From assembly GCA_964035545.1 (NCBI GenBank), contig OZ037767.1:25126628-25190627 (forward strand): a DNA stretch of 64,000 nucleotides. The letters run 5' to 3'. A program made the position numbers and the translations under genes. Below are positions 51,301-64,000 of the stretch, one piece after another (position 1 is the first letter of the stretch; every line of letters starts with the position of its first letter). Under the pieces are notes generated by a model. That model saw only the letters and a list, made by a program, of their open reading frames with translations. It was not told the origin of the DNA and ran no database searches. Source of the DNA: Bugula neritina. Lineage: Eukaryota > Animalia > Bryozoa.

Positions 51301-53730
51301 TTCATCTACCATACACTATATATAGTATATGATACTATATACAAGTATAGTGTTTACATTTATCTCAGTCTGTTTATTATTAAGTATTAGGATTTGTCCC
51401 CTCACCAGCACACACAGGCACAAAAAAACTAGGCAATAGATGAAATGTACATAAAATATTGTTACACATTTTTAAATCAATATACTGCCTTTGAATGTTG
51501 TCAATGTTTCATCTATTTAAATTACACTAGTGTAGTTTAGCCTAAAGCTATATAACCTATACCTGTACGGCTACACAGTAGTTGTAATACAAGAACACAC
51601 CATAAAATGTCATCATCATTACTCTCAAAATAGACTACATTTCAAGAGAATAATTTTAAAAATAATAAAAATGCTGGCAATTGTGTAAATGCCAGCATTA
51701 CTAGAAGATATGATACTATTAGTAAACAGCAACTGAATCTCACGGAAATCTGTTAGATTTTTCCTCCATAAATAAGCTGAAGGATGGCTGGAGCAGCGAG
51801 ACCCTTCTCCCAACTTGATGAGCTTTGTGGAGTAGAACTGTGGGCTAATTGTAGAACTGACTTTCTTAAACAAGTTTTTTTTAGTTTTCAAGGTGCCTGC
51901 AATATCAACTTATATAGTAGGACAATAAGTAAATGCAAAAATAGTTCAAAAGAAAGATTTCTGTAGAATAAGTAATGTCTACCCAACTCCACATTTTACG
52001 ATCTAGTGATCAAAGTCATGTTGACTATTTAATCAGAAATCGAATAATATAAACTAAAAGCTAAATAAACAATTAGAAACAATAGAATATAAAAAAAAAC
52101 AAATATTCAGTACCAAGTAAAATTATTCACAGAAAATGAAAAAATCTATTGGAAGTCCTGCTTTACTTAATGGATGTAACTAGAGTACCTGTTTTATGGA
52201 AGATAAAGAATTATACTTGATCACAGTTTACTGGACTCAGCAAATAGAGCAAGGAGATACTAATGTAACACTGATATGTATAATAATACTATGCTTACAG
52301 AGAATGTATACATACTGCATACTTACAAACAAATCCAGTACAATACTTGGTATATTAACACTAGCATAGCATCCTACACAGCTAGACAGTTTTTATTGAT
52401 CTACACTTACTACTAACTACTTCAGTATATAATTCTCTTGATTATATAGGCACCACTTTGCTAAGTGCATCATCAGCCTTGTAAATCATTATTGCATAAT
52501 AGATTGATAGTGCAGAGCTAATAATTCACTGTTAATTATTATAATTATAGAGTATTACGCAATGCAACTAGTAGGATACATAATTAGCCAAAAAAGTAGC
52601 TGAAGTTTCCAACTAAATTAGGGCTTTGAATGATGCACAAACTACAGAGAATTTACAGAGTTAAAAATATTTATTGGTTCATCACTTCAGTTCAAAGATT
52701 GGTCAAGAATTGAGTTCCAGGATGTTGATGAGCCTCTGAACTAGTGCCTTTGGCAGCACTAGCTTAATAAATACTAATTTGACAAGAGCATTATGAATAT
52801 GGACCCATGAAATGGGCAACTGTATATTATATGTGTACAATACAAAAATTAGGGTTTCTAAAGAGGACCCTGCCCCTGTACATGCTAAGGAAAGATTTAT
52901 GTTGCAAACTAATAGCTGACTAATATGTAACATACAACCAATTGCTATACAAAACAAAACAAAAATATTTCAGTATGCTTTGTTTGCTAAAAGAAATTTC
53001 TGATATGAGTGCATACGATAACTTAGCTTCAACAATAGTTATTCACGCAGGTAATTGATAAAAAAAGAAACATTTTAGCTTCAGACAGCTGTTTGAGCGA
53101 CAGACTGGTTTCCTTTAGCTATTGAGATAGGTCATGGTGGCTGATTGGGGGGGGGGGGGGAGAAGTTATAATGCCACCATTTATAGAGTGAGGCAGGCAT
53201 TTTATGCTGGGTGGAAATAAAACCGACTGTCTGCTAGAATATCTAATAATTTTGATTACAAACATATGTGTTAGTTGTTATGTTGAAAATACATAAAAGA
53301 AAGAATTGTTAAATAGAGTACCAGAAGAACCATACTGAGCACTACATGGCCATGAGGCTGTATACTGAATAAAAGACAATGAACCTAGTTATCTCAGAAA
53401 CAATAGCGAGGCTTTTTGACAGTGCAGCAAAAAATAAAGGTCTTCAGGAGATTGGTTTGATTACATGGACGCCAAAATTATCAAAAACTATCATACTATT
53501 TCACAAATATAATAAGCAACGAATTACATTTACTCACAGCTAAAGGCTTAGAATACACACTTTAGATAGTAACAACACAGATATTTTTGAAATTTATATT
53601 GCTAATAAGGCTGAATAAAAAAAACAAAAATGCCTATGATAATTGTAAACATATTTAGTTTTAATGTTCAAATCAAATGCCATAATCATGTCATCTGGTT
53701 TGAACTCACTTTGGAAATTTTAGACATCAT
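45344..53730 (-). CDS. SLC25A22: Mitochondrial glutamate carrier (GC1/GC2, SLC25A22/18-like), ~312 aa
   Basis: Exons 53710-53730, 51563-51570 (inferred microexon), 51142-51270, 50845-50900, 48597-48690, 47552-47682, 47051-47232, 46676-46778, 46026-46101, 45344-45482. Three carrier signatures [34 protein letters not shown]; GC-type [14 protein letters not shown] and [18 protein letters not shown]. First two exons less certain. Confidence 0.93.
46792..46931. repeat. 70-bp tandem duplication next to an SLC25A22 acceptor
   Basis: TCTATACTCCTATAAAACAGTATAGGGATA...TCAAAAAGCTGA occurs twice, 70 bp apart. Confidence 0.9.
47753..47942 (-). mobile_element. SINE copy 3 (same family, internally deleted) in an SLC25A22 intron
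   Basis: Reverse complement reads GAGCAGCCGTGGTCTAGTGG...TTAGAAAAAGCATCCGGCCATAATTGCTCCTGTGCC...ATCAGGGTTTCTCAC, matching copy 1. Confidence 0.85.
48758..48896. repeat. ~23-bp minisatellite (~6 units)
   Basis: Unit ~ACAACTAACTACATGGTGGATAA. Confidence 0.88.
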
Positions 53731-53803
53731 AGCAAACTTATTGTGAAGCCTTAGTGATTGAACTGTCAAAATTTGTCTTTTTTCTGGAATAATCTATGAC
53801 ACC

Positions 53804-54249
53804 TCGGTTTCATCCCAGATAGCCGCTTCCCAGTTAGATGCTGTTTTTTATTTTGGTGCCATATAATTATATAGTAATATGCCTATATATACCTATGTAA
53901 CTGTTGCATTGATTGCTAAATAGCTAAAATGCTAATAGCTACAATAGCTAACATGAATTATCTGGAATAATATTCTAATTTTCATAGATTTGTGCAAGAC
54001 AAAAACAGTAATATATTAATAATAAACATTATCTTTAATTAATGAATATTTATTAATGAAATATCTCTTCAAACAAGAAGCAAAAATTATGTAAAATTAG
54101 TATGTTAAAGCAGATCAAAGAAGTTTATTTATGTGCTCAATGCGTGCTTTATTTAAATATTATTCAAATAAATTGCACACAAAATATATATTGTACCTAT
54201 ATAAATAAATAACGTCTAACTGGGAAGCATATATCTGGGATGACACCGA
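53804..54249. mobile_element. Non-autonomous inverted-repeat element (MITE-like)
   Basis: Imperfect ~45-bp TIRs: TCGGTTTCATCCCAGATAGCCGCTTCCCAGTTAGATG versus reverse complement of the right end TCGGTGTCATCCCAGATATATGCTTCCCAGTTAGACG. AT-rich interior, no clear TSD. Confidence 0.7.
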
Positions 54250-54949
54250 CACTTATAAGCTTAAATTAAGATAATAAAAGCAATTATGTACTGAAAATTG
54301 CTTAGTGAATTTTGTTTAATGCATACGTTAATTTGGTAAGGGTAGCAGGTATTTTTCAAACTAGAAATGCTCTACCCAAAGTATTCTAATGAGTCATTTA
54401 CAGCTTGGCTAGGACTACCAGCATTACTGGTTTAAGGATCTAGATACAGTACCCTACTCATACTAGCAGTGGTAGCAATCAACAGTTGTTAAATATCCTG
54501 ATTTCAATGAATAAAAAATGCATCTTTTCTCAACTTCCTATAACTTTAATAGTATAATTTCACCAATAGCTTAGTTTTAAAGCTGCAATTAAGTTCTTGA
54601 GAACAGGTAATTTCCTTTAATTGTTTTGTCTTCTGTTTTAGAGATTTTAGATATTTCCCAAAAAACATACTTAGTCTCCTGACCACTGCCTTTTGAGGTG
54701 TGTGCTTACATTCTGAATATCATGAGTTCATCAGCAAATGAGAAATAATTCTATCCATAGTGGCCAAGAAAATAAAAAGCAGTTGTACATATTATTATTT
54801 ATTGACTTTGCCAAGTTAATGACAACATTTCCATCAAAATTGTTTTCACACCATGCAAGATTACCTGATTCTAAACAAAATAAATAGAATGATAGTTACA
54901 CTATAGTTATACAATTATAAATAAATATCAACATTTTCATCGAATTTAT

Positions 54950-55996
54950 TCACCATGTAACTATTATGACTACAATATTCAATAGTATTAACACAATGAC
55001 AATGGTAATGATAATGAGTTGATAATCTTTGCTATCCTAATTTTATTAAACGCTATCATTATGATTATCCTTATAATTATCATAATGATAATAACATAAT
55101 CATGAAATAACAATAACAATAATCATTATGATATTAAAAATTATAATCAAAGTCATAGTGACACTGACAATCATAATCATAATGATAATGATCATGTTAT
55201 TCTCATTTTAAAAGTATCAGTGAAACCAAATACTAAACTATTTATTTAATATTTTCATTTATATTAGTAATAATATAATTACATTTTTTAATATAAATCT
55301 GAAATTTTTAGAATTATAAACATACTTTATATTTATTATATATAACAATTATTATAATAATATAACTAATACAATATGAATATAGCAATATTATTAATAT
55401 TATGATTATCATTAAATTTAAGTGATCCTTAACCTTATAAAAAATTATAAATTAAAATATTATAATCATGATCATAATCATAATGAATATCAACATGAAT
55501 TATATTTATTGAAAATCATAATTCAATTAATATTATGATTGTCAATAAATATTAAATTTAATATAATTCTAATTTATGTTGATGTTGATAATCATAATTG
55601 ATAATCATAATCATAATGACTGCTAATTTTTATTCTAATAAATAAAAATATAATTATAACATTACTATTCAGTGATAATAATAATTTTTATCTTATATTA
55701 CGCTAGAGTCAATAATTCACTTTTGTTTTTGCAATCTAAAATACTGGCTTTATTAGGAAAGAACGTAAAGCTGCTTATTTTGCAACAACACTCAGTTTTG
55801 TATTTGCTGCATAATGATAAAGAGAAACAAAATAAATCGCCAATATTGTAACCGTGGCTATATGAATATGTTCATGCAATCATTTCGGCGACTGGTATCG
55901 CATTCCGCCGGTGTTGTTATATGTTTACTATTGCTCACGCCGTAAACTAGCTAAGGGCTAGTTTGAAATTAGAAGTCTTAACGAAAGACGACGAGA
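54950..55996. promoter_or_regulatory. Inferred bidirectional promoter region SLC25A22/RING1 with extreme AT-rich (ATN)n tract
   Basis: Head-to-head genes; CpG-containing core ~55850-55950 just upstream of the RING1 ATG; ATA/ATC/ATT low-complexity sequence at 54950-55700. Confidence 0.5.
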
Positions 55997-58536
55997 ATGA
56001 AAATCGAAATGGCTACCACTGAAGCTGCCCCGTCTAACAAAACATGGAGATTGACATTATACGAAATAAATAGAACGCCACAAGAAGTTTTGCCAAATGA
56101 CGTTGAAGTTAAAGTTTCTCCTCGTTCACTGCATAGTGAGCTAATGTGTCCTATATGCTTAGATATGTTGAAAGTCACGATGACAACTAAAGAGTGTCTT
56201 CACAGGTTTTGCCAAGAGTGCATTACAACCGCTTTAAGAAGTGGAAATAAAGAGTGTCCAACCTGTAGAAAAAAGTTGGTTTCTAGACGCTCACTCAGAA
56301 GAGACCCTACCTTCGATGCTTTAATTGCTAAAATATATCCGAATAGAGCAGAGTATGAGGCTCACCAAGAAAGAGTATTGGCCAAGCTAAATAAACACCA
56401 CAGCACTGATGCTCTGATGACAAACATAGAAGAAGGTAAATCATGTAAATTTTTAGAATCTTAGTCATTCCATTTGTTGTTTACTTCACTTTCATAAGTT
56501 TGTATTTATAAGTACTTTTTGCTGTCTACAGAGCTCTCAGCTCTGGTTACTTCTCAAGTTATTGTAGTTGTTGCAATCTCTCATAGTACTAATCATGAAC
56601 CTCATCACGATGATACAAGCACCGTGTTCCTAGTTAAACTTATAGTAAAATCCACTATATTTAAATTGCCTTAGTTATTATATAATAAAATACTGAAATA
56701 ATGCTCTTGGTCAATATACCCCATTACTTTAGAGTGGATAATTACTAACAAAGTAGGACTGGTAAACGTAACCTACTTGCAGTTTTACTAAATACAGTGG
56801 AAAAGAATCTACGAGTCAAACAAATGTGTGTTTAGTATTTACTAGTCCTCATAATACAATTTCAATCATATTGTCAATTTCTAGTAATAATAAAGCCCTT
56901 CAACTCTTACACAGATTGCCTAGTTATATTTATTTTACCTCTAAGTTGTAAACAGATATTAACTTTGTGTATATAGCCTATATGTTATTTTCCTGGTAGG
57001 AATGCGTCTTCAAGCCTTGTTTCGACAGCATAAAGCTAGACAAAAACGGGCAACTGAAGTTGAAGAACAGCCTATGGATATTCAAGCGGATAATGAAGGA
57101 TCTGTCTCAACTACAGGTAAAGATTTTTCTATGATAAACTACCTTTATTTTTATTACTTTTATTTGCAATCAAATTAATTTTGTTTTATCTATTTTTCTA
57201 TAGTACCTAGAAATTTTATAGCAATTATTGCAAATTTACCTTTACCACAAGCATTGCGTAAGATACTGTATTTGTGTGCCAATGGATTTGTGTAAATGTT
57301 GACTGGTAATGCTGACAACCTACATAGCCACATGCTCAACTAACAATGAGGTATCAGTAACTTGGTTTAGGGAGCTTATTAGTGGCCCGTTAGTTTAATG
57401 TTTTTTTTTTACCAATCAGGTACTAATTCCCCAGTGCCGGGCTCTGAACCTATGACTTCCACACCTGCCAACTCGTCAGCAGTCCCAACGCCAAAGAGAG
57501 GCCGACCTCCTCTATCTTCTGCCAGCACTAGTGCCGAAACCTCCCAGTCATCGCGTGAGTTTTGTAAGTATTTCAGTCTTCCCAATATATCAGTCAATGT
57601 AGGAGTTTATAAAACACTACAACTTTTTATGTGTCTAGTTGTGAAGATAACATGTAACTCAATTTTTCCAATCTAAAGAATATCATGGGCATGTTTTTTA
57701 ATGAATAGTGAAAGATTTTAACTTTTAATTATTGATAAACCAGTTTGAAGATCGTCTATTAATCTTTTTATTGTAGTTGTTTTTTTTCAAAGAAAGTAAC
57801 ATATTATATTATTATATTAACTATATATTATATTATTTTGTGCAGCACCCCAGGTCAGTGAGATTGAGTTGGTCTTTAACCCTCGACCCGGCGCTCCAAA
57901 CTCCTCCGATGAACCCCGGTATATTAAGACTACAGACAATGCTACTATTGCTCATCTCAAGAAATACCTGGCCATGAGAATGCAGCTAGATGCAGATAAA
58001 TCTGAAGGTAACTCATTTGACTTGTATAGCTGTTAGATACTAGTATGTAGCTGAAACAACATTCCATGCTTTCGCTAAATTCTGATGACCATGGCATCCC
58101 TCCAGTTAGAAGTATTTTCAAAGCTTTTATTGAAGCTAGTGCAACATTATAGCATTATTTAATTATATGTTTTTTATAAACAATAATAATTTTATGAGTA
58201 GTTGATGGGACTAGGATATGTTTCCATTTGATATTCTCGATCTTTGTAATTTTTATAAGCGATAATATCTGCAGATGTTATACTAACACAATTGGAACAT
58301 GACTTAGCCTAGCAATGAGTAACTGAATAGATATAACCACGCAGTACTATTGAATATAATCTATTCTTCTTTCAGATAACAATGTGAAGTATGAAGACAG
58401 CATGTTTACTGTATCCATGCAGCAGAATGAGTCAGTGTACACTGATTTACAGAGTGCCACGGCTCTCAAACATGTCAACAATAAAATGTGGAGACAGAAC
58501 AAGCCTCTTGAACTCTACTTTTCCAGACATACTTGA
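55997..58536 (+). CDS. RNF2: PRC1 E3 ubiquitin ligase RING1/RNF2 (Sce), ~337 aa
   Basis: Exons 55997-56435, 57000-57116, 57420-57554 (or 57563), 57846-58007, 58376-58536. [22 protein letters not shown]...KECLHRFC...[21 protein letters not shown]; [13 protein letters not shown]...[21 protein letters not shown]...KPLELYF. Confidence 0.97.
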
Positions 58537-59558
58537 CTGTACAGTCTGCTTGGTATACTCTGTACATAGTTTACATATATACTATCACTCCCTATGTATG
58601 TACACAGGTTTACATGTGTTAATTTAAGTGATGCTAATATTCATAAATGTTGTGAGACATTATAGCGTAAATGTATAGCAAGGTATTACATGAATTTTAT
58701 ATTTTGACTTTCCATTATTCACTGAAATGTGTATTTCAACACGAAGAATTGAAAGAGTAGACAGCTCTGACACTATGCATGTGCATGTAGAGCAGTACAT
58801 TATGTTTACATTATATAAGATGTGTCATTCATATTAAATGACTCCAAGCTATATAATTATATCATTGTCATTTGCTGTAAATCGTGTCATATTGTAATCT
58901 CTACTACATTGTACAGTTAACATCACTGTGTGTTGAATAAAAATACACTTTGTTTAAAGTTTACATCACAGCATTATATTTTTTGTGACTAAATTGTAAA
59001 ATCTACAGGTTAAAAGAAATAGAAATCACAAAAAATACCGTAATTTGCACGTAGTTCTTAGATTTTAGATGCATTATCAAATGCTGCGATCATTGGGAAA
59101 GCCTAAGGTGACAATTATTGAGATGAATACAGAGTCATTCAACAATTGAAAATAATAAATAGCATTAGCGGTTGCAAATGGCTGCTTTTACAACATTAGA
59201 AATTATATTGAATTGAAATTAACTACAAAAATGGAAATACTTTCACATTGTTGCTAATAATAGCAAGTGGACGGAATAGATCAGTCAGTGAAGAGTGAAA
59301 TAATGAGTACTCAAACAAGCTGTGTTATATTAAATAGCAGATAGTAATATGGTGGACTAGACTAGCCAAACTATGGCACTAGCTACTGCAGATTAGCCTT
59401 AGAGACTGTTTATTTTGAAAAAAAATTATATTTTTTCCAGTAAACACAACGGCTGTTGCAACTTCAGCTTAAAACCTCAATCTTATAGAGCTAAAAGGTC
59501 TTCTTATTTGCATAGATATAATACAGTCTCGCACTTTACTCCTTCATATTACGGATGT

Positions 59559-62500
59559 TCAAGAGACTAATTCCAGTCCTCTTGGGGATATATACCTTGC
59601 CTCCTCATCCTACAAATCACGACATTTTTATCAAATATTATTTAGGCACAACATATTTATTAATAAACACCCTTGGAGAATCTAAAGCATAAAAACTAGC
59701 AACTACACGTGAGAAGACAACTCCTAATTAAGAAGATAATTTGTGGCAATTTGGTAGTGTGAAAATGAGAAAATTCAGACAGTTCTTTTTTTAAAACATG
59801 CCATCTCATCTTCGTGAAATATGCAGATCACTTCAACTGCCAACACAAGCAACTAATAATACAGCATCCAATAAAACTTTTTTTATATGACTTTTGTTTT
59901 AAGAAAACGATAAAAAGTTAAAAAAAACTCTAATTACTTTAAATGAAAATACTTACTTCTGCAGCCAAATCATTCTCAATATTGGCTAAACGAGTCGTGG
60001 TATGACAAAGCTCGGTGTGTTTAGTCTGTAGCTCTTCCTTTAGAGTTTTAATTTCATAGTTCTTCCTCCGTATTCTCTCTATTTGCTTCTTCTTCTTAGC
60101 TGCTTCCTAAATATATAGATAGAATACATAATATTTATTTTTAAAACTTTTTAGCTTTCAATAGTTTAGGGTTCATTCTATGTATATTGTATCAAATAGA
60201 CATTGGGAACTTCAACCGAAATATCAGCGAAACGACATATTATTTAATCTACTGTATATTGTAGACAATCTAAAACTAGGCAGACATAGTTAAAAGTAGC
60301 ACTGACTTCAAAGTTTAAAGCATGAAGACATAGTTACCAGCGCTAGAATTGAAAAAGTAATAATATAAAGAATACAAGTGATTTACATCAACTGTCTATT
60401 GCTTGAAAGAAACACTGAAACCATACTTTGAAGTAGACTATAAGCCTGCAACTGATAGAAAGCTAACCTTGGCTAGAAGGTCATCTGGAGGACAAGCATG
60501 ACGTCTGTTAGTTACAAAAGGACCTTTTTCATTTTCTAAATGAAATGTCTTTTTCTTCTTTATAGAATCATTTAGCCTTTGTTCCTTATTTAAGTGATCC
60601 TTCGTTTTGTCCAAGGTTGCTCGTAAATACATTGTCTCATCTAGCTTAGCTTGCACATCATTCTACAACGCAAATTGCATTTAACTTTCCCACCTTATTA
60701 TTATAAAATCTCCAAAATAAAGTTTGCACTTTAGGAGAAAACTCTCCTACCATTACAATATAATAATAATACATAGTAAAACATTTCTCTTCATTTTTCG
60801 ATAAGAAAGCCTGGGTTCCCAGGTTTATTGCCAATTATTTGTTGGTAATTCTCTCGTTATAATGAAACTTCAATGAATGGGAACTGTGTAAGCTGTGTGA
60901 GAGATTTACTAACCACTAGCTCCTCGACTTGTTCTGATTTCTTGGCCACAAGTAGCTCAGCTTGGCGTAGCTTGGCAAGGTCTCTCTCATAGTTTCTCAA
61001 CAACTCGTCTTTCCTGAAAGTGAACAATAATAATGAACTACATTTCATGAATTCGTTGAAAGTAGAAATCTATGCCATCATAACTAAACAGGTATAGTTT
61101 TACGAAATAAAGTTAAAAGCATGAAAACACCAACTGAATTCAATGTGCTAAAATTACGAATGACCAAAGCTTATACCTGGTAAGTCTTTCTTTCAAAGCT
61201 TTAATTTTGTAAGTAAGAGCCTCAGCTGCGGCCTCTCTTTCATCTAAGAGTCGGTTTCGTTCACTTTCTGGTAAATGGGCCATAGACTGCATGCCTCCAA
61301 TTTCTTCCAAGTTAAGGCAACTAGCTATACCTCTTAGTAGGCTCAAATACTGCAAGTAAAGAACACAGTATATTTAATAGAACTCCTCCAAATACAAACA
61401 CCTGAAAAAACTTCTAGTTGTTTGATGAAATCTACAACTTACTACGTCAAGCATTATATTTACTGTAATGCGAAGTTTTTGAAAATAAAAAAATCAATGA
61501 CTATTTATTTAAAAGTATGTTTATTAAAAGATTTCCTCTGTTAACAAATGCTGAAGACTTACAGATCTTTCACTTTCTTCAAAAGCTTCTTGTGTTTCCC
61601 TATGAGCTGATTTCTCGTGCTCATTCTCAGTGTCAGTTGCCGAGGTTATCCCTCTGGCCTTATTCACAGCTCTCTCTACAGCTGCCATCTGCTGCAAATC
61701 ATGCATGGCGTGTTCGTCTGCTAGATTGCCTGACCTCATCTCTGCTAATTCTCTTTTCAGTAGATCTACTTGCTTTAAGGCAGCATCAGCAGCTCCGCCA
61801 GCTTCAATGTAAAGAATGACAAAATACTAGAGAAACGGGAAAACTTTGTTCACATAAATATACATACTAAACTGATTTTACATGGTTCAAACTCCATGTA
61901 TTGCCCGATCAGACTCATTTGATTTATTCCAATAGGAATCATAAAGCTTTAGTAATTACTAATTTACCAATAATTATATACACCGTGGAATAGGAAAAAC
62001 AAATTAGTAGGCACTAGGAAATAACATTATTACTTAAAAGACCTATATATGTCATTTATTTGCAAGACTTAATGTATATAAACTATCTAATAAATTACCT
62101 TTAGCACTGAAGCCTGTTTTCATTCCCTCCAAGTCTTTAATTCGGCGTCTGAGTTCAGAGAGCGCCTCTCTTTGCCGATCAATAACAAGCTGGTGACGTT
62201 CTCCTCTACACGCTAGTCCTAGAGAGGACAACTCCTGTTTTATCTGATTGTCTTCTTCTAAGACTCGTGTCTAAAGAATGAAATATCAATTGAGGCAGTG
62301 TTGCCTGTGTGGCTAACAGAGAAATGAGGTTTGTGTATATAAGAAAAAGTACATTACACAAATTGTTACTTCATTGATACACTGTTCTTTACTCAAAAGT
62401 AATTTTTGAATAAATGCACATTCCAACATTTGATTACCCAATAGAAACTAGTAGTAGCTTTCAGTCCAAACCAAAACATTTCCACGTTTTTCAACATAAG

Positions 62501-63230
62501 TATAAAAATAAAAGCATCATATTGTGAATTTAAAGAACAAACTTTTAAATGAGAGCCTCATAAAAACCTTTGTCAACTACAAACATTAAAAGCACGTAAT
62601 GAAAGTTAAAACAAAATAACAAAAAGATATGTAAATGAATGGTTTATGTCGATTAGATTTGTATGACAGTCCACATACCTGTTCACTGTGAGAATCATTT
62701 GCTGCTGCCAGCTTCATATCCAGTACCCGCACCTGGTCTTCTCTATCACTCAGCTCCTTGCTCATCTTGTCCAACTTAGATTTCAGTTGGCTGTAAAACA
62801 CGTGTAGGGTTACTTCAGCATCGATTTATTGGTTTAGTTAGCAATAGATGTGTTATTTGTAAAAAGCATTTTGTTCCTACTTCAATTAGTACCCAGATAA
62901 ATTACAATGTTCAATTAATATTACTCATATTATAAACACTCCTGGTTTTGTTATTGTATCATTTACCAACAGGTTTGCCAATCAGTGGGTTTTGCAATAT
63001 ATCTATATTCAATTTACAAGGCGAGAGTTGATGCACTGTTTAAATAGACACAAGTCCTACTTCATTTCACTTGATGACCCGGCGACAGCGGCGGTCTTCT
63101 TGTCTACTATAGTTGACAGCTTAGCCAACTGCTGCTGAAGCTCCACCACTTCCTGTGACTTCTTTCTCACCAGGTCTCTGTTCATCTCTAGCTCTCGCTT
63201 GTGGGAGTCAGGAATCTCACCAGTCATATC
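59559..63230 (-). CDS. FHAD1: Forkhead-associated domain-containing protein 1-like coiled-coil protein, 3' part only
   Basis: Exons 63061-63230, 62679-62790, 62099-62270, 61563-61801, 61177-61349, 60914-61013, 60468-60662, 59957-60106, 59559-59609; phase-consistent. Motifs [32 protein letters not shown] and [18 protein letters not shown] resemble the FHAD1 C-terminal half as recalled. The FHA domain would lie beyond the window. Confidence 0.75.
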
Positions 63231-64000
63231 CTAAAAACAAAAACAGCAGCTATGACAAAAGTAGCTATGGCAACAGTGAAATAAACTAGTTTTCTACTTA
63301 GTTTGAATCTTACTACTAACAGACCTACTCTATGAAATGAAACTTTTCAACAGGCCATAAAGTTGTGGAACCAGCCTAATTACACATAAAAAAACAGCTT
63401 TTTACATGAATTAATGGAAGTATATATACTTTTCATTGCAAATAAAAGAGAGTACTCTTTCAAGTTGATGAAACATTTGAAGAAAGATCTTTTCATTTAC
63501 ACTTTTAGGCATAACCTGGCCAGATCCTTTCTAGAATGATTTCTCAGAGAAAATTTGTATCAAAGGCTAACATCAAAAATCTCAAATCTTGCCAACGAAC
63601 TAAATCACTATACATCAACTTATTTATACATACTTCTTATGACAATACAATACTGAAAAATATCTTTCAAGAACATCAAATTATGCAGTCCATAGTTTTG
63701 CACACTTCTTATTTTATTATAATTTGGATTGACTAAACAATTCTATTTATATTAATAATAATATTTATATAACGCTGCTGTACACGAGACACTTGATATT
63801 ATTCCAAAATCTTCAGTTGAAAAACATTTTACTTTTGCAAGGAACTTGTCATTCTAGAACTAAAAATATTATAGAAGTAAAGATAACCTATAATAGTTGA
63901 AATCCTTGATTAAATAAACAATTTAATTATTTATAATACTAGTACAAAGCATTAGATATATGTAAAGGTTCAGTGAACTTCTGTGTTATGCAGTAGACAT

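Overview
AT-rich, intron-rich eukaryotic DNA, apparently from an invertebrate animal; species not determinable here. Hand splicing (GT-AG, phase-consistent) gives eight multi-exon genes in alternating orientation. In order: a two-SH3 Dlish/Vamana-like adaptor (+), NCKIPSD/SPIN90 (-), 6-phosphogluconolactonase PGLS (+), an unrecognised 324-aa type I membrane protein ending in a PDZ ligand (-), FoxO (+), mitochondrial glutamate carrier SLC25A22/18-like (-), RING1/RNF2 (+), and the 3' part of FHAD1 (-). Non-coding content includes three copies of a tRNA-Thr-derived SINE (one with an 18-bp TSD), a degenerate tRNA, two MITEs, several minisatellites and a 223-bp palindrome carrying two inverted Penelope-type minimal hammerhead ribozyme motifs. 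The best leads are the hammerhead palindrome, the orphan membrane protein, the Dlish-like gene (split ATG, Cys-rich N-terminus, no third SH3), an 8-nt microexon, and minisatellites that start at 5' splice sites. Exon models and family calls come from manual reading and recalled motifs; no database search was run.
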